Assembly: GCA_031418735.1 (NCBI GenBank)
Contig: JANOJM010000279.1
Coordinates: 1-25,778 of the forward strand
Length of the DNA stretch: 25,778 nucleotides
Reading direction: 5' to 3'
From: Nitrospiraceae bacterium
Lineage (GTDB): Bacteria; Nitrospirota; Nitrospiria; Nitrospirales; Nitrospiraceae
Under the pieces are notes generated by a model. The model was given only the letters and a program-made list of their open reading frames with translations, did not search any database and was not told where the DNA came from. The position numbers and the translations under genes are program-made. Positions 1-7,422 of this stretch are shown in pieces (within the stretch, counting starts at the first letter, position 1; each line of letters starts with the position of its first letter).

Positions 1-415
1 TTGTGCGGGCTCCTCTCTCCACTGCAAGGCCGCCCTCGTTTGATTGCACGAGCGGGATGGGGTTCAGGGTGATGTAATACATATTGGGAGAGTACTCAAT
101 CATGGCATCGGAAGCATAGTCTGTTGTTGTACTGACAGGAAAGAAGAGGAAATTGGCCCAAAAATATCCGTTCGTTTTGGTTTGAAGCATGAGAGATTGA
201 TCCTCATAGCCATTCTTTTTAGCCATGAGCATCGTAGTCTTCGAACGTTTCACGGCCATAGTTAATGGGGTCGTGCCAAGCTCCATACCGTTAACATAAA
301 TCCTGGCACCGTTTGGTGACGAGTTGAAAGTTACGGGTTGACTAGAGCCATCGATAATGGTCGCGCAACCCGAAGCAACCATAGCGAGCACTAGGATGGA
401 CAATCGAAACAGCAT
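1..415 (-). CDS. PEGA-domain lipoprotein (3' end runs off the left edge; absent from the ORF track)
   Basis: Manual translation from ATG at 415 is open for 138 codons to the edge: MLFRLSILVLAMVASGC (lipobox) ATIIDGSSQPVTFNSSPNGARIYVNGMELGTTPLTMAVKRSKTTMLMAKKNGYEDQ (PEGA-like S-x-P-x-GA-x-I-Y-V-NG...G-x-TP...KxGY). Confidence 0.8.
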   Translation of the reverse strand, partial: MLFRLSILVLAMVASGCATIIDGSSQPVTFNSSPNGARIYVNGMELGTTPLTMAVKRSKTTMLMAKKNGYEDQSLMLQTKTNGYFWANFLFFPVSTTTDYASDAMIEYSPNMYYITLNPIPLVQSNEGGLAVERGART

Positions 416-538
416 TTCTACCTTTCGCCTATGACCTAAGAGAAGGATGAAAGCCAGCCACCCCGTGAACTTGATCATGATGAGCCCCCTTATGAAATAG
501 GAACCAACAGTAGATGAATAAGGACGTAATGCACTCCC

Positions 539-577
539 TACACTCAGAAAGTGTATCTGACAGTTCTATTTTGTCAA
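539..577 (-). promoter_or_regulatory. Leftward sigma70-like promoter overlapping a perfect palindrome (candidate XRE operator)
   Basis: TACACT-cagaa-AGTGTA at 539-555. On the minus strand, TTGACA (577-572)-N16-TACACT (555-550). Lies between the divergent PEGA and XRE genes. Confidence 0.45.
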
Positions 578-649
578 TTTATTACGCCTACTGGTGGGTT
601 AATCTCACGTGGCTGTCGCCGCATACTCCCGCTCAAGAGGGGTGGCAGC

Positions 650-976
650 ATGGATATCAAACGAGCGGTGGGGAAGCGTATCAAGATCGTGCGGCAACGG
701 AGCGGACTGACTCAGGATCAACTCGCCGAACAGGTGGGGTTGAGTCCGAAATACATTAGCGGCATTGAGCGAGGGGTTGAAAATCCCACAATGGATATTC
801 TTATCCGCCTGGCGAAGATGCTTGGAGTTGAGCCGTATGATCTCTTCCTGTTTGGAGAATCAGAGGAGAGTGAGAAGGCGTTGCGAAAAGGGATCGAGAA
901 GATGGTACGGGAAGCGGATCGGGAGAAGCTTCAGTTGTATTTCGATGTCATGAGGAACATTCTCCAACTCACCTGA
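650..976 (+). CDS. XRE-family HTH transcriptional regulator (108 aa)
   Basis: MDIKRAVGKRIKIVRQRSGLTQDQLAEQVGLSPKYISGIERGVENPT is a classic HTH_3 pattern. ATG 650 with GAGGGG upstream is preferred over GTG 551. Confidence 0.9.
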   Translation: MDIKRAVGKRIKIVRQRSGLTQDQLAEQVGLSPKYISGIERGVENPTMDILIRLAKMLGVEPYDLFLFGESEESEKALRKGIEKMVREADREKLQLYFDVMRNILQLT

Positions 977-1079
977 GGCCACAGTTGAGGACAATTCCCT
1001 ACCTTCAGATACCCCTGCTGATTCCGCCTCAGTTACGCTTCCAAACTCCACCAGCTAGGCTGAATAGCTGATGAAACAG

Positions 1080-1243
1080 TCGGCGGGCCTTCGCTGTGAT
1101 AATTTGTGATAGAGGGGGTAAAAATCACAGACCCTATCGACCCCATAGAATCTATAGACAAATCACAAGCGCCTGAATTTATGAAAGAACGGGGAAACCG
1201 TTGACCGATCAAACCCTTGTAAAAATGGCCGTGATCCGGCTCT
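1080..1243 (+). repeat. att-arm direct repeat, copy 1 (ends in partial core GATCCGGCTCT)
   Basis: Colinear with 3267-3430 (offset 2187), 152/164 identical by manual alignment. It diverges right after CTCT (CTCTAGG versus CTCTTAA). Confidence 0.9.
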
Positions 1244-1245
1244 AG

Positions 1246-1520
1246 GAAATTGTGGTGGTCATGGGCGCAACCAACAAAATTCTCGCGCAGCAAGTTGATG
1301 AACTGACTGAGGGACTAACCGACGTGCGAGAATGTGTTCAGGAGGTCAAGGAGGCTGAGGATATGGCCGAACTGAGCGATACGACTGCTGAGATTGTCGA
1401 AAACATTGATAAATCATCGGGCTTGAAGACAATGACGAAGATGACGGGCAAGGGTCCGCTGAAGGATTTGAGGAAGCTCAGAGGAAGAGTACCACGAAGA
1501 AAGTGCGGCGGCCAATCTAG
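1246..1520 (+). pseudogene. 5'-truncated, frameshifted remnant of a helical protein with an acidic tail
   Basis: The frame is open directly from the arm junction (EIVVVMGATNKILAQQVDELTEGL...ENIDK). Adding one A at 1411-1413 continues it as IIGLEDNDEDDGQGSAEGFEEAQRKSTTKKVRRPI* (TAG 1518-1520). Confidence 0.55.
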
Positions 1521-1583
1521 GGTCGTCGCTCCTGGAGTCTTTATCACGAAAGTGTGCCAAGCCTAGGGGAACACTGCAAGATT

Positions 1584-2510
1584 CTACAAGACTTTGGTTT
1601 TGACTACAGTTTCTACTCCTTTGCCTCGCACTGTATCAGTAAACATTCCTACTCCAGTCTCTGTCATGAAATTAGGCAAGAGCACCACAATCAAGTTTCG
1701 CCCGTATCGCGTTTGGTAGTCCTCTAATTGGCCATGTGCACGGTGTATGTCACCCTGGCTATTGGGCATCTTGAACTCGATTCCAACTCCCCCCTGCTGA
1801 GGATGACCAATATGAAAATCGATCTTCAACGTGTTGCCATGAGCGATAGCGTACTGTTCATGTACCTTGTCCTTCCCAAATACCTCGGCCATCTCAGTGT
1901 GAAAGTCTTCATAATAGTCTTTCTCATACTCTCTATTTTTGAGGATTGGATACCACAGCACAAATGGAAGAACGGCTTCCTTGGTAAATGCCGCACCTCC
2001 ATTTACAACGCGGGGTAGCCAGCCCTCCTGAAATCCCACTTCTCGATAGATTTGCCTGAAGAGTACATCTTTAGAACCCTCGCACTTCAAGCCTAAACTT
2101 TCAGCTATAAGGAATAGTCCATCTCCGGAAGACAACTGGCGGAGGTAGTTTATTGTTTGACCAGGAAAGGTCTCTGCGGGCATTGAAAGATATTTCGTGT
2201 GTTGCCGAATCTTAGCTATTTTCTCTTCCGCTGTACCGCTGGGATCTTGGCCTAGATCTCGTAACCATTCTGAGAGTTCTTTCGAGGTTGAAACGTTAAG
2301 GTAGCAATCGAGGAGCTTCTGCCTAAATTCTGAATTTGCAGTAGGCTTTAATACGGAAAGGGGAGGCATGGACCGCACATCCTCCTGAGACGAGTCTTCA
2401 TGACCGTCTTGGACTGCTGTCAAACTTTGTTGAGTTGAAGTGGCTGCACCACAGGATTGGCAGAATCGAGCCGACTCAGGAAGTTTGTGGCCACAGGAGA
2501 TACAGAACAT
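1584..2510 (-). CDS. Zn-ribbon + two SAP-like motifs + C-terminal PD-(D/E)xK nuclease-like domain
   Basis: N-terminal CISC..CQSC. SAP-like segments ELSEWLRDLGQDPSGTAEEKIAKI and LFLIAESLGLKCEGSKDVLFRQI. Nuclease-like core YEKDY...KIDFHIG...GIEFK...GQLEDY. RBS AGGAG upstream. Confidence 0.75.
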   Translation of the reverse strand: MFCISCGHKLPESARFCQSCGAATSTQQSLTAVQDGHEDSSQEDVRSMPPLSVLKPTANSEFRQKLLDCYLNVSTSKELSEWLRDLGQDPSGTAEEKIAKIRQHTKYLSMPAETFPGQTINYLRQLSSGDGLFLIAESLGLKCEGSKDVLFRQIYREVGFQEGWLPRVVNGGAAFTKEAVLPFVLWYPILKNREYEKDYYEDFHTEMAEVFGKDKVHEQYAIAHGNTLKIDFHIGHPQQGGVGIEFKMPNSQGDIHRAHGQLEDYQTRYGRNLIVVLLPNFMTETGVGMFTDTVRGKGVETVVKTKVL

Positions 2511-2752
2511 ACTTTCTCCTCCCTTTTCTCCACGGACTTTTCAGGGCAAGAATTTGTACGGAAAGATTAGCAGCTCTTGATTGATTGTCCAGTTTTTCAG
2601 AGAATTGATAGGGCAAGCCTTTGGCCGAACCAAACAAGAGTGTAAGGCAGGAATGACAATCAGGTTGATGGTCGGGCAAGAAGATCAGCCGAAGATATTG
2701 GCATGTGCATTCCCTGCTATCTCTCAAACGCGCGGGCATTAGTCGTTTTTTG

Positions 2753-2793
2753 TGTTACCATTCATCGATATGAATATCCTTATGGGATTCATA
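2753..2793 (+). promoter_or_regulatory. Extended -10 element followed by a palindrome (candidate operator)
   Basis: TG-n-TACCAT at 2753-2761 and TATGAAT-N11-ATTCATA at 2769-2793, in the divergent intergenic region. Confidence 0.3.
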
Positions 2794-2825
2794 GCAGTTC
2801 CCTTATTCTTGACAAGGAGATTTTC

Positions 2826-3257
2826 ATGAACAAGAAACTGGCGCGACGACTCATTGGCCGGGATCTGCGCCTCTCTCCCGTACCATTAAGTTTAACCTGG
2901 TCATCCTACCCCATTATCATCCCTGAGTATCTAAATGTCTGGCGCATGGAGGAGGTAAAGGCAAACGCCTATAGTTTGACGAACCCGCAGGGCTACCGCT
3001 TGGACCTACCCGCTGAGTTGGCCCTCAGCTATACTGGGCCTGACGTCCTCGAACTGCGTGCCCAGATAATAGTGCAGGGTCGCAAGCTCACTCTCTATCC
3101 TCTAAGGGTGTACCGATGGGATATGCCTTTCCCCTTCACTGCCGTCACACAGCGCACGGCAACACAGCGAAATACCGGACCGGCCTCCGCTTCGGCATCG
3201 CCCGTCCTCGTAAGCTTAGCGCTTGGATTGATGCTCGGTCTGGTCGTGAGCTCCTGA
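2826..3257 (+). CDS. Hypothetical protein with a C-terminal transmembrane anchor (143 aa)
   Basis: AAGGAG RBS before ATG 2826 (MNKKLARRLIGRDLRLSP...). Beta-rich body, Thr/Ala/Ser linker, terminal hydrophobic helix VLVSLALGLMLGLVVSS. Confidence 0.75.
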   Translation: MNKKLARRLIGRDLRLSPVPLSLTWSSYPIIIPEYLNVWRMEEVKANAYSLTNPQGYRLDLPAELALSYTGPDVLELRAQIIVQGRKLTLYPLRVYRWDMPFPFTAVTQRTATQRNTGPASASASPVLVSLALGLMLGLVVSS

Positions 3258-3266
3258 TATTGAATA

Positions 3267-3430
3267 TCGGCGGGCCTTCGCTGTGATAATTTGTGATAGA
3301 GGGGCTAGAAATCACAGACTCTATAGACTCCATAGAATCTATAGACAGGTCACAAGCGCCTGAATTCATGAAAGAACGGGGAAACCGTTGACCGATCAAA
3401 CCCTTGTAAGAATACCCTTGATCCGGCTCT
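3267..3430 (+). repeat. att-arm direct repeat, copy 2 (P arm of attR)
   Basis: TGTGATA x2 (3282, 3292), inverted ATCACA/TCACA, 9-mer array 3312-3347, IHF-like ATCAA-N4-TTG at 3395-3406. Abuts the tRNA fragment. Confidence 0.9.
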
Positions 3431-3471
3431 TAATCAGCGGGCCGTAGGTTCGACCCCTACACGGCCCACCA
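3427..3471 (+). tRNA. 3' half of tRNA-Lys(CTT), non-functional attR fragment
   Basis: Anticodon loop CT-CTT-AA, 3' anticodon stem TCAGC, T-arm GTAGG-TTCGACC-CCTAC, acceptor strand ACGGCCC-A-CCA. There is no D-arm or 5' acceptor strand upstream. Confidence 0.9.
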
Positions 3472-3580
3472 AACCTCGCTTCGTTCGTGCCGTTCGCCTA
3501 GCTATCAGGGCAAACGGATACACCCCTCCTGTAGCTGTCGATTGTTATCATTCGTGAATAGTCCAGGCTAGAAGATCCAT

Positions 3581-4939
3581 ATGCAGGCCACACCACGCTT
3601 GATCCCGCTGCCGCTCTACACGCAAGTGCTCATCGCTGTGGCTTGTGGCGCGGTGCTGGGAGTGGTCTTTGGTCAAGAGCCCTATCTGGGCGGCTTAAAG
3701 AACGAGCATTTGGGCTGGCTCGGGCTGCTGCTCGTCACGCTGTTGAAGACCCTTGCCATCCCGCTCATCTTCTTTGCGATCCTCGATGCGCTCATCCGCA
3801 CCAGTCTCCCGCTACGTCAAGGGACCAAGCTGCTCCTCATCTGTCTCATCAATGTCTCCGTGGCCATGACGATCGGCCTCGTGATCATGAATACCTGGCA
3901 GCCTGGCCTAACCTGGTACGGCCACGTCGACGAATTGCTAAACGTCGTGCCAAGCCCTAAGCCATCGGCGGGCGCCGCTGCAACAGTGCAAACCGGGACG
4001 CAGAGTCCGATCGAATACCTCGCGTCCTATATTCCCCGCACCATCATGGCGCCGTTTTCGAGCGGAAACATCATCGGAGTCGTCCTCCTCGCCCTGTGCA
4101 TCGGTGCCATGCTTCGCCGCCTGCATGGCAATGCAAATCAGGGTCGTGGAGTCGTTCATACCCTCGTGCGAATCATTGAGCGCGTTTATTCGTGGCTCGT
4201 ACAAATGCTCGGATGGATCATCCTTGCAGTGCCGCTCGCCGTCTTCGGCGTCGTCGCCCAGGTCGTCGGCAAGGCGGGCATCGGCGTCTTCGTCGTCCTC
4301 TGGATATTCCTCGTCACCATGCTCGTGGGACTCGCCATCCATGCGCTGGGCTACTACCCGCTCGTCGCCTGGCTGATAGGGAAGAAGTCGCCGAAGGTCT
4401 ACATCGGACAGGGAGCTGACGCGATCATGACCGGCGTATCGTGCAACAGCAGTCTCGCCGCCGTGCCAGTCACCCTCCGGTGCCTCGATCGCATGCAGGT
4501 CTCGCCTCAATCGGCGCGTCTCGCAGCCTGTGTCGGCACGAACCTCAACAACGACGGTATCACCCTCTATGAAGCGATGGCCGCGCTCTTTCTTGCGCAA
4601 GCGCTGGGCTACGACCTCTCGATGGGCAGTCAGGTGTTGATCGTCGTTGCGTCGATGATTGCGGGGGCCGGCGTGGCCGGCATTCCGGAAGCGGGGATGA
4701 TCGTGTTGCCGCTCGTCCTCTCAGCCGCCGGCTTGCCCCCTCATGTCATCGGTGCAGCCATTCCACTCATCATGACGGTGGATTGGATCATCGCCCGAGC
4801 CCGCTCCGGCGTGAACGTCCTGAGCGACATGCTCGTCGCCATCCTCCTCGATGTCGGGCGTGTCACACCCGAGACGGAACAGGCCGCGCTTCAATCCCAA
4901 TCCGACGTCACGACTCCCACAGAGCCCCAGCCCTCCTGA
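3581..4939 (+). CDS. Dicarboxylate/amino acid:cation symporter (DAACS/SDF family)
   Basis: Multi-TM protein with CNSSLAAVP, GTNLNNDGITLYE, GVAGIPEAG and DWIIARARSGVNV motifs. Confidence 0.93.
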   Translation: MQATPRLIPLPLYTQVLIAVACGAVLGVVFGQEPYLGGLKNEHLGWLGLLLVTLLKTLAIPLIFFAILDALIRTSLPLRQGTKLLLICLINVSVAMTIGLVIMNTWQPGLTWYGHVDELLNVVPSPKPSAGAAATVQTGTQSPIEYLASYIPRTIMAPFSSGNIIGVVLLALCIGAMLRRLHGNANQGRGVVHTLVRIIERVYSWLVQMLGWIILAVPLAVFGVVAQVVGKAGIGVFVVLWIFLVTMLVGLAIHALGYYPLVAWLIGKKSPKVYIGQGADAIMTGVSCNSSLAAVPVTLRCLDRMQVSPQSARLAACVGTNLNNDGITLYEAMAALFLAQALGYDLSMGSQVLIVVASMIAGAGVAGIPEAGMIVLPLVLSAAGLPPHVIGAAIPLIMTVDWIIARARSGVNVLSDMLVAILLDVGRVTPETEQAALQSQSDVTTPTEPQPS

Positions 4940-4951
4940 AGAAAGGGATGG

Positions 4952-5003
4952 TCTGTCTGGTCTATTTGGTTCTCCGATCAGCTAACCGAATAAACTAGAT
5001 AGA
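4952..5003. terminator. 20-bp hairpin built from 9-mer units between convergent genes
   Basis: TCTGTCTGGTCTATTTGGTT pairs with AACCGAATAAACTAGATAGA (3 G-U wobbles, 1 mismatch on the + strand RNA). Confidence 0.55.
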
Positions 5004-5173
5004 GCAGTTTCGGCTATCCCTACGACCGCGGCCTTCGGATTGAAGGACGCTGACCCAGTGGCTGAATCGCTCCATGTAAGATCATTGTTGCTTGTCCCCG
5101 GATAGCAGGTGACGATGAGGAGGGCTGACGGCAAACGTACATTAGGTAAGAGGGTCACGTGGAGCGACCTCGT

Positions 5174-5857
5174 CTATCGCCGTAAGAAGGCGATCCATCG
5201 CCACAGGTTCAGCAGGCTCGCGAGGGAGGCCGCCACGTAGGTCAGTGCGGCCGCGGTAAGGATGCGGCGGGCTCCCTGCTCGTCTTGAGGCGACAGGTAG
5301 TTTTTTTGCTGGAGTATCGGTAGTGCACGTCTGAAGCTGGCGTCCCACTCGACCGGAAGCGTGACAAGGTGGACAAGCGTGGCGATCCCCATCGTTGCCA
5401 TCCCGGCAACCAGGACGAGGACACCCGCCACAGGGGTCTGAGCTAATGTTGCCGCGATGGGAATGCCCAGCATCACTATCCCTCCGAGCTTTTCCGCCCC
5501 CTGTGCGACCCGCACCAGCCGCGTGCGCTCCGTGAACGGCTGATAGCCCGCCTGGTCTTGAATAGCATGCCCGACTTCGTGGGCGGCGACGGTGATCGCG
5601 GTGAGAGATTTTCCATTGAATTTATCGGGCGTCAGACGGACTGCTTTCATCTCAGGGTCGTAATGGTCACCCAGTTCGGTTGCTTCCACCTTGATGTGCT
5701 GCATGTCTAACTGATCGAGCAGGTGCCGCGCTAACTCCGCTCCCGTTCCCGGATAGTCAGGACGAGGCACACTATGCTGGGCAAACACCCGCCTGGTCCA
5801 TAGTTGCGGACCAAATACGACGATACCGACAATGACCAACAGCAGGACTAGCCGCAC
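5174..5857 (-). CDS. Neutral zinc metallopeptidase (YugP/Zn_peptidase_2 family)
   Basis: GDHYDP, AAHEVGHAIQ, TLPVEWDASFRR and AAALTYVAA motifs. GTG start with GGGAG RBS. Confidence 0.92.
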   Translation of the reverse strand: MRLVLLLVIVGIVVFGPQLWTRRVFAQHSVPRPDYPGTGAELARHLLDQLDMQHIKVEATELGDHYDPEMKAVRLTPDKFNGKSLTAITVAAHEVGHAIQDQAGYQPFTERTRLVRVAQGAEKLGGIVMLGIPIAATLAQTPVAGVLVLVAGMATMGIATLVHLVTLPVEWDASFRRALPILQQKNYLSPQDEQGARRILTAAALTYVAASLASLLNLWRWIAFLRR

Positions 5858-6006
5858 CCTATACTCCCATCCCCTCTCCCCCTGTCAGGCGAGGCACTCG
5901 ACCAAGGCCATCGGTACACCCATGTGTGGGATCGATCCCTTGTTCACTTACGATAGCACAGTGGATGGATGGAAGGGACGGATGGACATACCTTGCGCAT
6001 AACCCG

Positions 6007-7191
6007 TCACTCATCGAGGCTCGGACGAAAAATGAAGGGTCCATAGACCAGGGCAAACAACAGATAGGCCCCACTCCAACTACCTGCCGCCACCGCCAAT
6101 ACAAGATTGGCCGGGAGATCCGTCATCGGCCCGAATACTCTCAGCACGGCGCCCAGGTTGACCAGCATATAGATGAGGACCGTCAAAGGGCCCGCATGCC
6201 GGGGACGCCCCGTATGGCCCAGGCTGGCACGGGTCATCACCGCCAGCGTCATCGCGCCCACTGCGCCGCTGGTAAAGGCATGCACCGCATCCTCTTTCGG
6301 CAAACCAATCCCGAGGATCGAGCCTCCCAGTATGAGCAACGACAATGCGAACCAGCCATAGCCAACATGCAGGATCAGCACCAAGGGCTCACGCCATGTG
6401 GCCCAGCCGTACCAGCGTGCCAGACGACCAAGATTGGCCAACCCGGCTAGCGCGAATAGCCATCCCGTTACCATGGAGGAGGGCTGAACAATCCAGGATA
6501 GAACGGCGAATCCTACGAGTGCGATCGAGAGACCATCGTAACGGGAAAAGGATGTAGGCCGATCAACCCTGCCGGAATTCGCCAGAAGCTCGCCGGTAAA
6601 GTTGGGGATGAGGCGCCCACCGATCAGTGTCAGCAACAGCATCACCATCGCGAGCGCCATGCGTTCGGGACGATCTGTCTCCGCCCCGCTCAGTGAAAGT
6701 ACATGGAACAGGATGTTGGCGCCGGCCAGCAGACTCACCAACACCCCCATCGGCGCACGATCCCAGTTTTTCGACGCGATAATTTCTCGCCAGACCAGCC
6801 CCGCCACCGCGACAAGAAACCCTACATCGACGATGGCTGACACGAGGGGCGTGAACCATGGAATAGCGATCAGCACACGTCCGGCCAGCCAGAGGGTAAA
6901 GAGCGACATCAACTCAGGCCCTCGAATCGGCGGACGATCGGTCCAGTTGGGAATGGCCGTGAGCAGAAAACCCGTGATCACGGCGGGGAGAAAACCGAAG
7001 ACCATCTCATGCACATGCCAATCCCGAGCCGGATAGAGAAAATTCGAGTGGCCGACTTCGGCAAACACCAGAATCCAGACAGGGATCGCCACGCCGGCAA
7101 ACAATGCGGCGCCAAGGAAAAATGGCCTGAACCCGTACGAAAAGAATGCAGGCCCCTGGTAACTTGGACCTTCGCTCGCCTGTTCAGCCAT
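6007..7191 (-). CDS. nnrS: NnrS family membrane protein (NO/nitrosative stress response)
   Basis: FFSYGFRPFFLG, WHVHEMVFGF, GFLLTAIPNWT, GGRLIPNFT and MTRASLGHTGR motifs. Start ATG 7191 (or 7206). Confidence 0.93.
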   Translation of the reverse strand: MAEQASEGPSYQGPAFFSYGFRPFFLGAALFAGVAIPVWILVFAEVGHSNFLYPARDWHVHEMVFGFLPAVITGFLLTAIPNWTDRPPIRGPELMSLFTLWLAGRVLIAIPWFTPLVSAIVDVGFLVAVAGLVWREIIASKNWDRAPMGVLVSLLAGANILFHVLSLSGAETDRPERMALAMVMLLLTLIGGRLIPNFTGELLANSGRVDRPTSFSRYDGLSIALVGFAVLSWIVQPSSMVTGWLFALAGLANLGRLARWYGWATWREPLVLILHVGYGWFALSLLILGGSILGIGLPKEDAVHAFTSGAVGAMTLAVMTRASLGHTGRPRHAGPLTVLIYMLVNLGAVLRVFGPMTDLPANLVLAVAAGSWSGAYLLFALVYGPFIFRPSLDE

Positions 7192-7422
7192 GGATTCGAT
7201 CCTCAATGCTCAATTCGTGAGAAACCTGGCACTGGTCAATGCGTCCTGCCTGAGCAAGCCAAACGGAATTCGTGCCAAGCTACGTGCGGCGAACGGCCCT
7301 GTCAACGGATGGCTGATCGCATGTCAACCCATCAGAGGTTGAAGAAACTCTCTATTTAATGGGAAACTGCCGACAACAACAGAGCGGATTATTTGTCCAT
7401 CCTTATCTCGGCGTGAAATGCT

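Larger units (their letters stand above)
1..3471. mobile_element. Right end of a genomic island (possibly nested or tandem islands) integrated at tRNA-Lys(CTT)
   Basis: Ends in an isolated tRNA 3' half preceded by an att-like arm. Spot counts of three 60-nt lines gave ~43-50% GC, versus ~62% in one line of the next gene. Accessory content (XRE, nuclease, pseudogene). The integrase and intact tRNA are not in the window. Confidence 0.8.

Noticed and set aside
650-976. Restriction-modification controller (C) protein
   Set aside because: It has a generic XRE similarity only, and there are no adjacent methyltransferase or restriction genes.
1033-3399. Similar ORFs 1033-1293(-) and 3145-3399(-) as duplicated genes
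   Set aside because: Their similarity arises only from translating the non-coding att arm; they overlap real genes and have no RBS support.
1080-3430. CRISPR array or CRISPR-like repeat
   Set aside because: There are only two 164-bp copies 2.2 kb apart, with no regular spacers and no cas genes.
3390-3471. Intact tRNA-Lys gene
   Set aside because: The upstream sequence lacks a D-arm, a 5' acceptor strand and a pairing 5' anticodon stem; only the 3' half is present.
5067-5167. Inverted repeat TCGCTCCATGTAA / TCACGTGGAGCGA as a MITE or ncRNA
   Set aside because: Only 11/13 matches, a single occurrence and no other supporting structure.
5859-6450. ORFs 5859-6104(-) and 5926-6450(+)
   Set aside because: They are shadow frames of nnrS and intergenic DNA with no recognisable motifs.
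7217-7276. sigma54 promoters (TGGCAC motifs on both strands)
   Set aside because: The -12 GC is misplaced by one base on the + strand and replaced by GT on the - strand.
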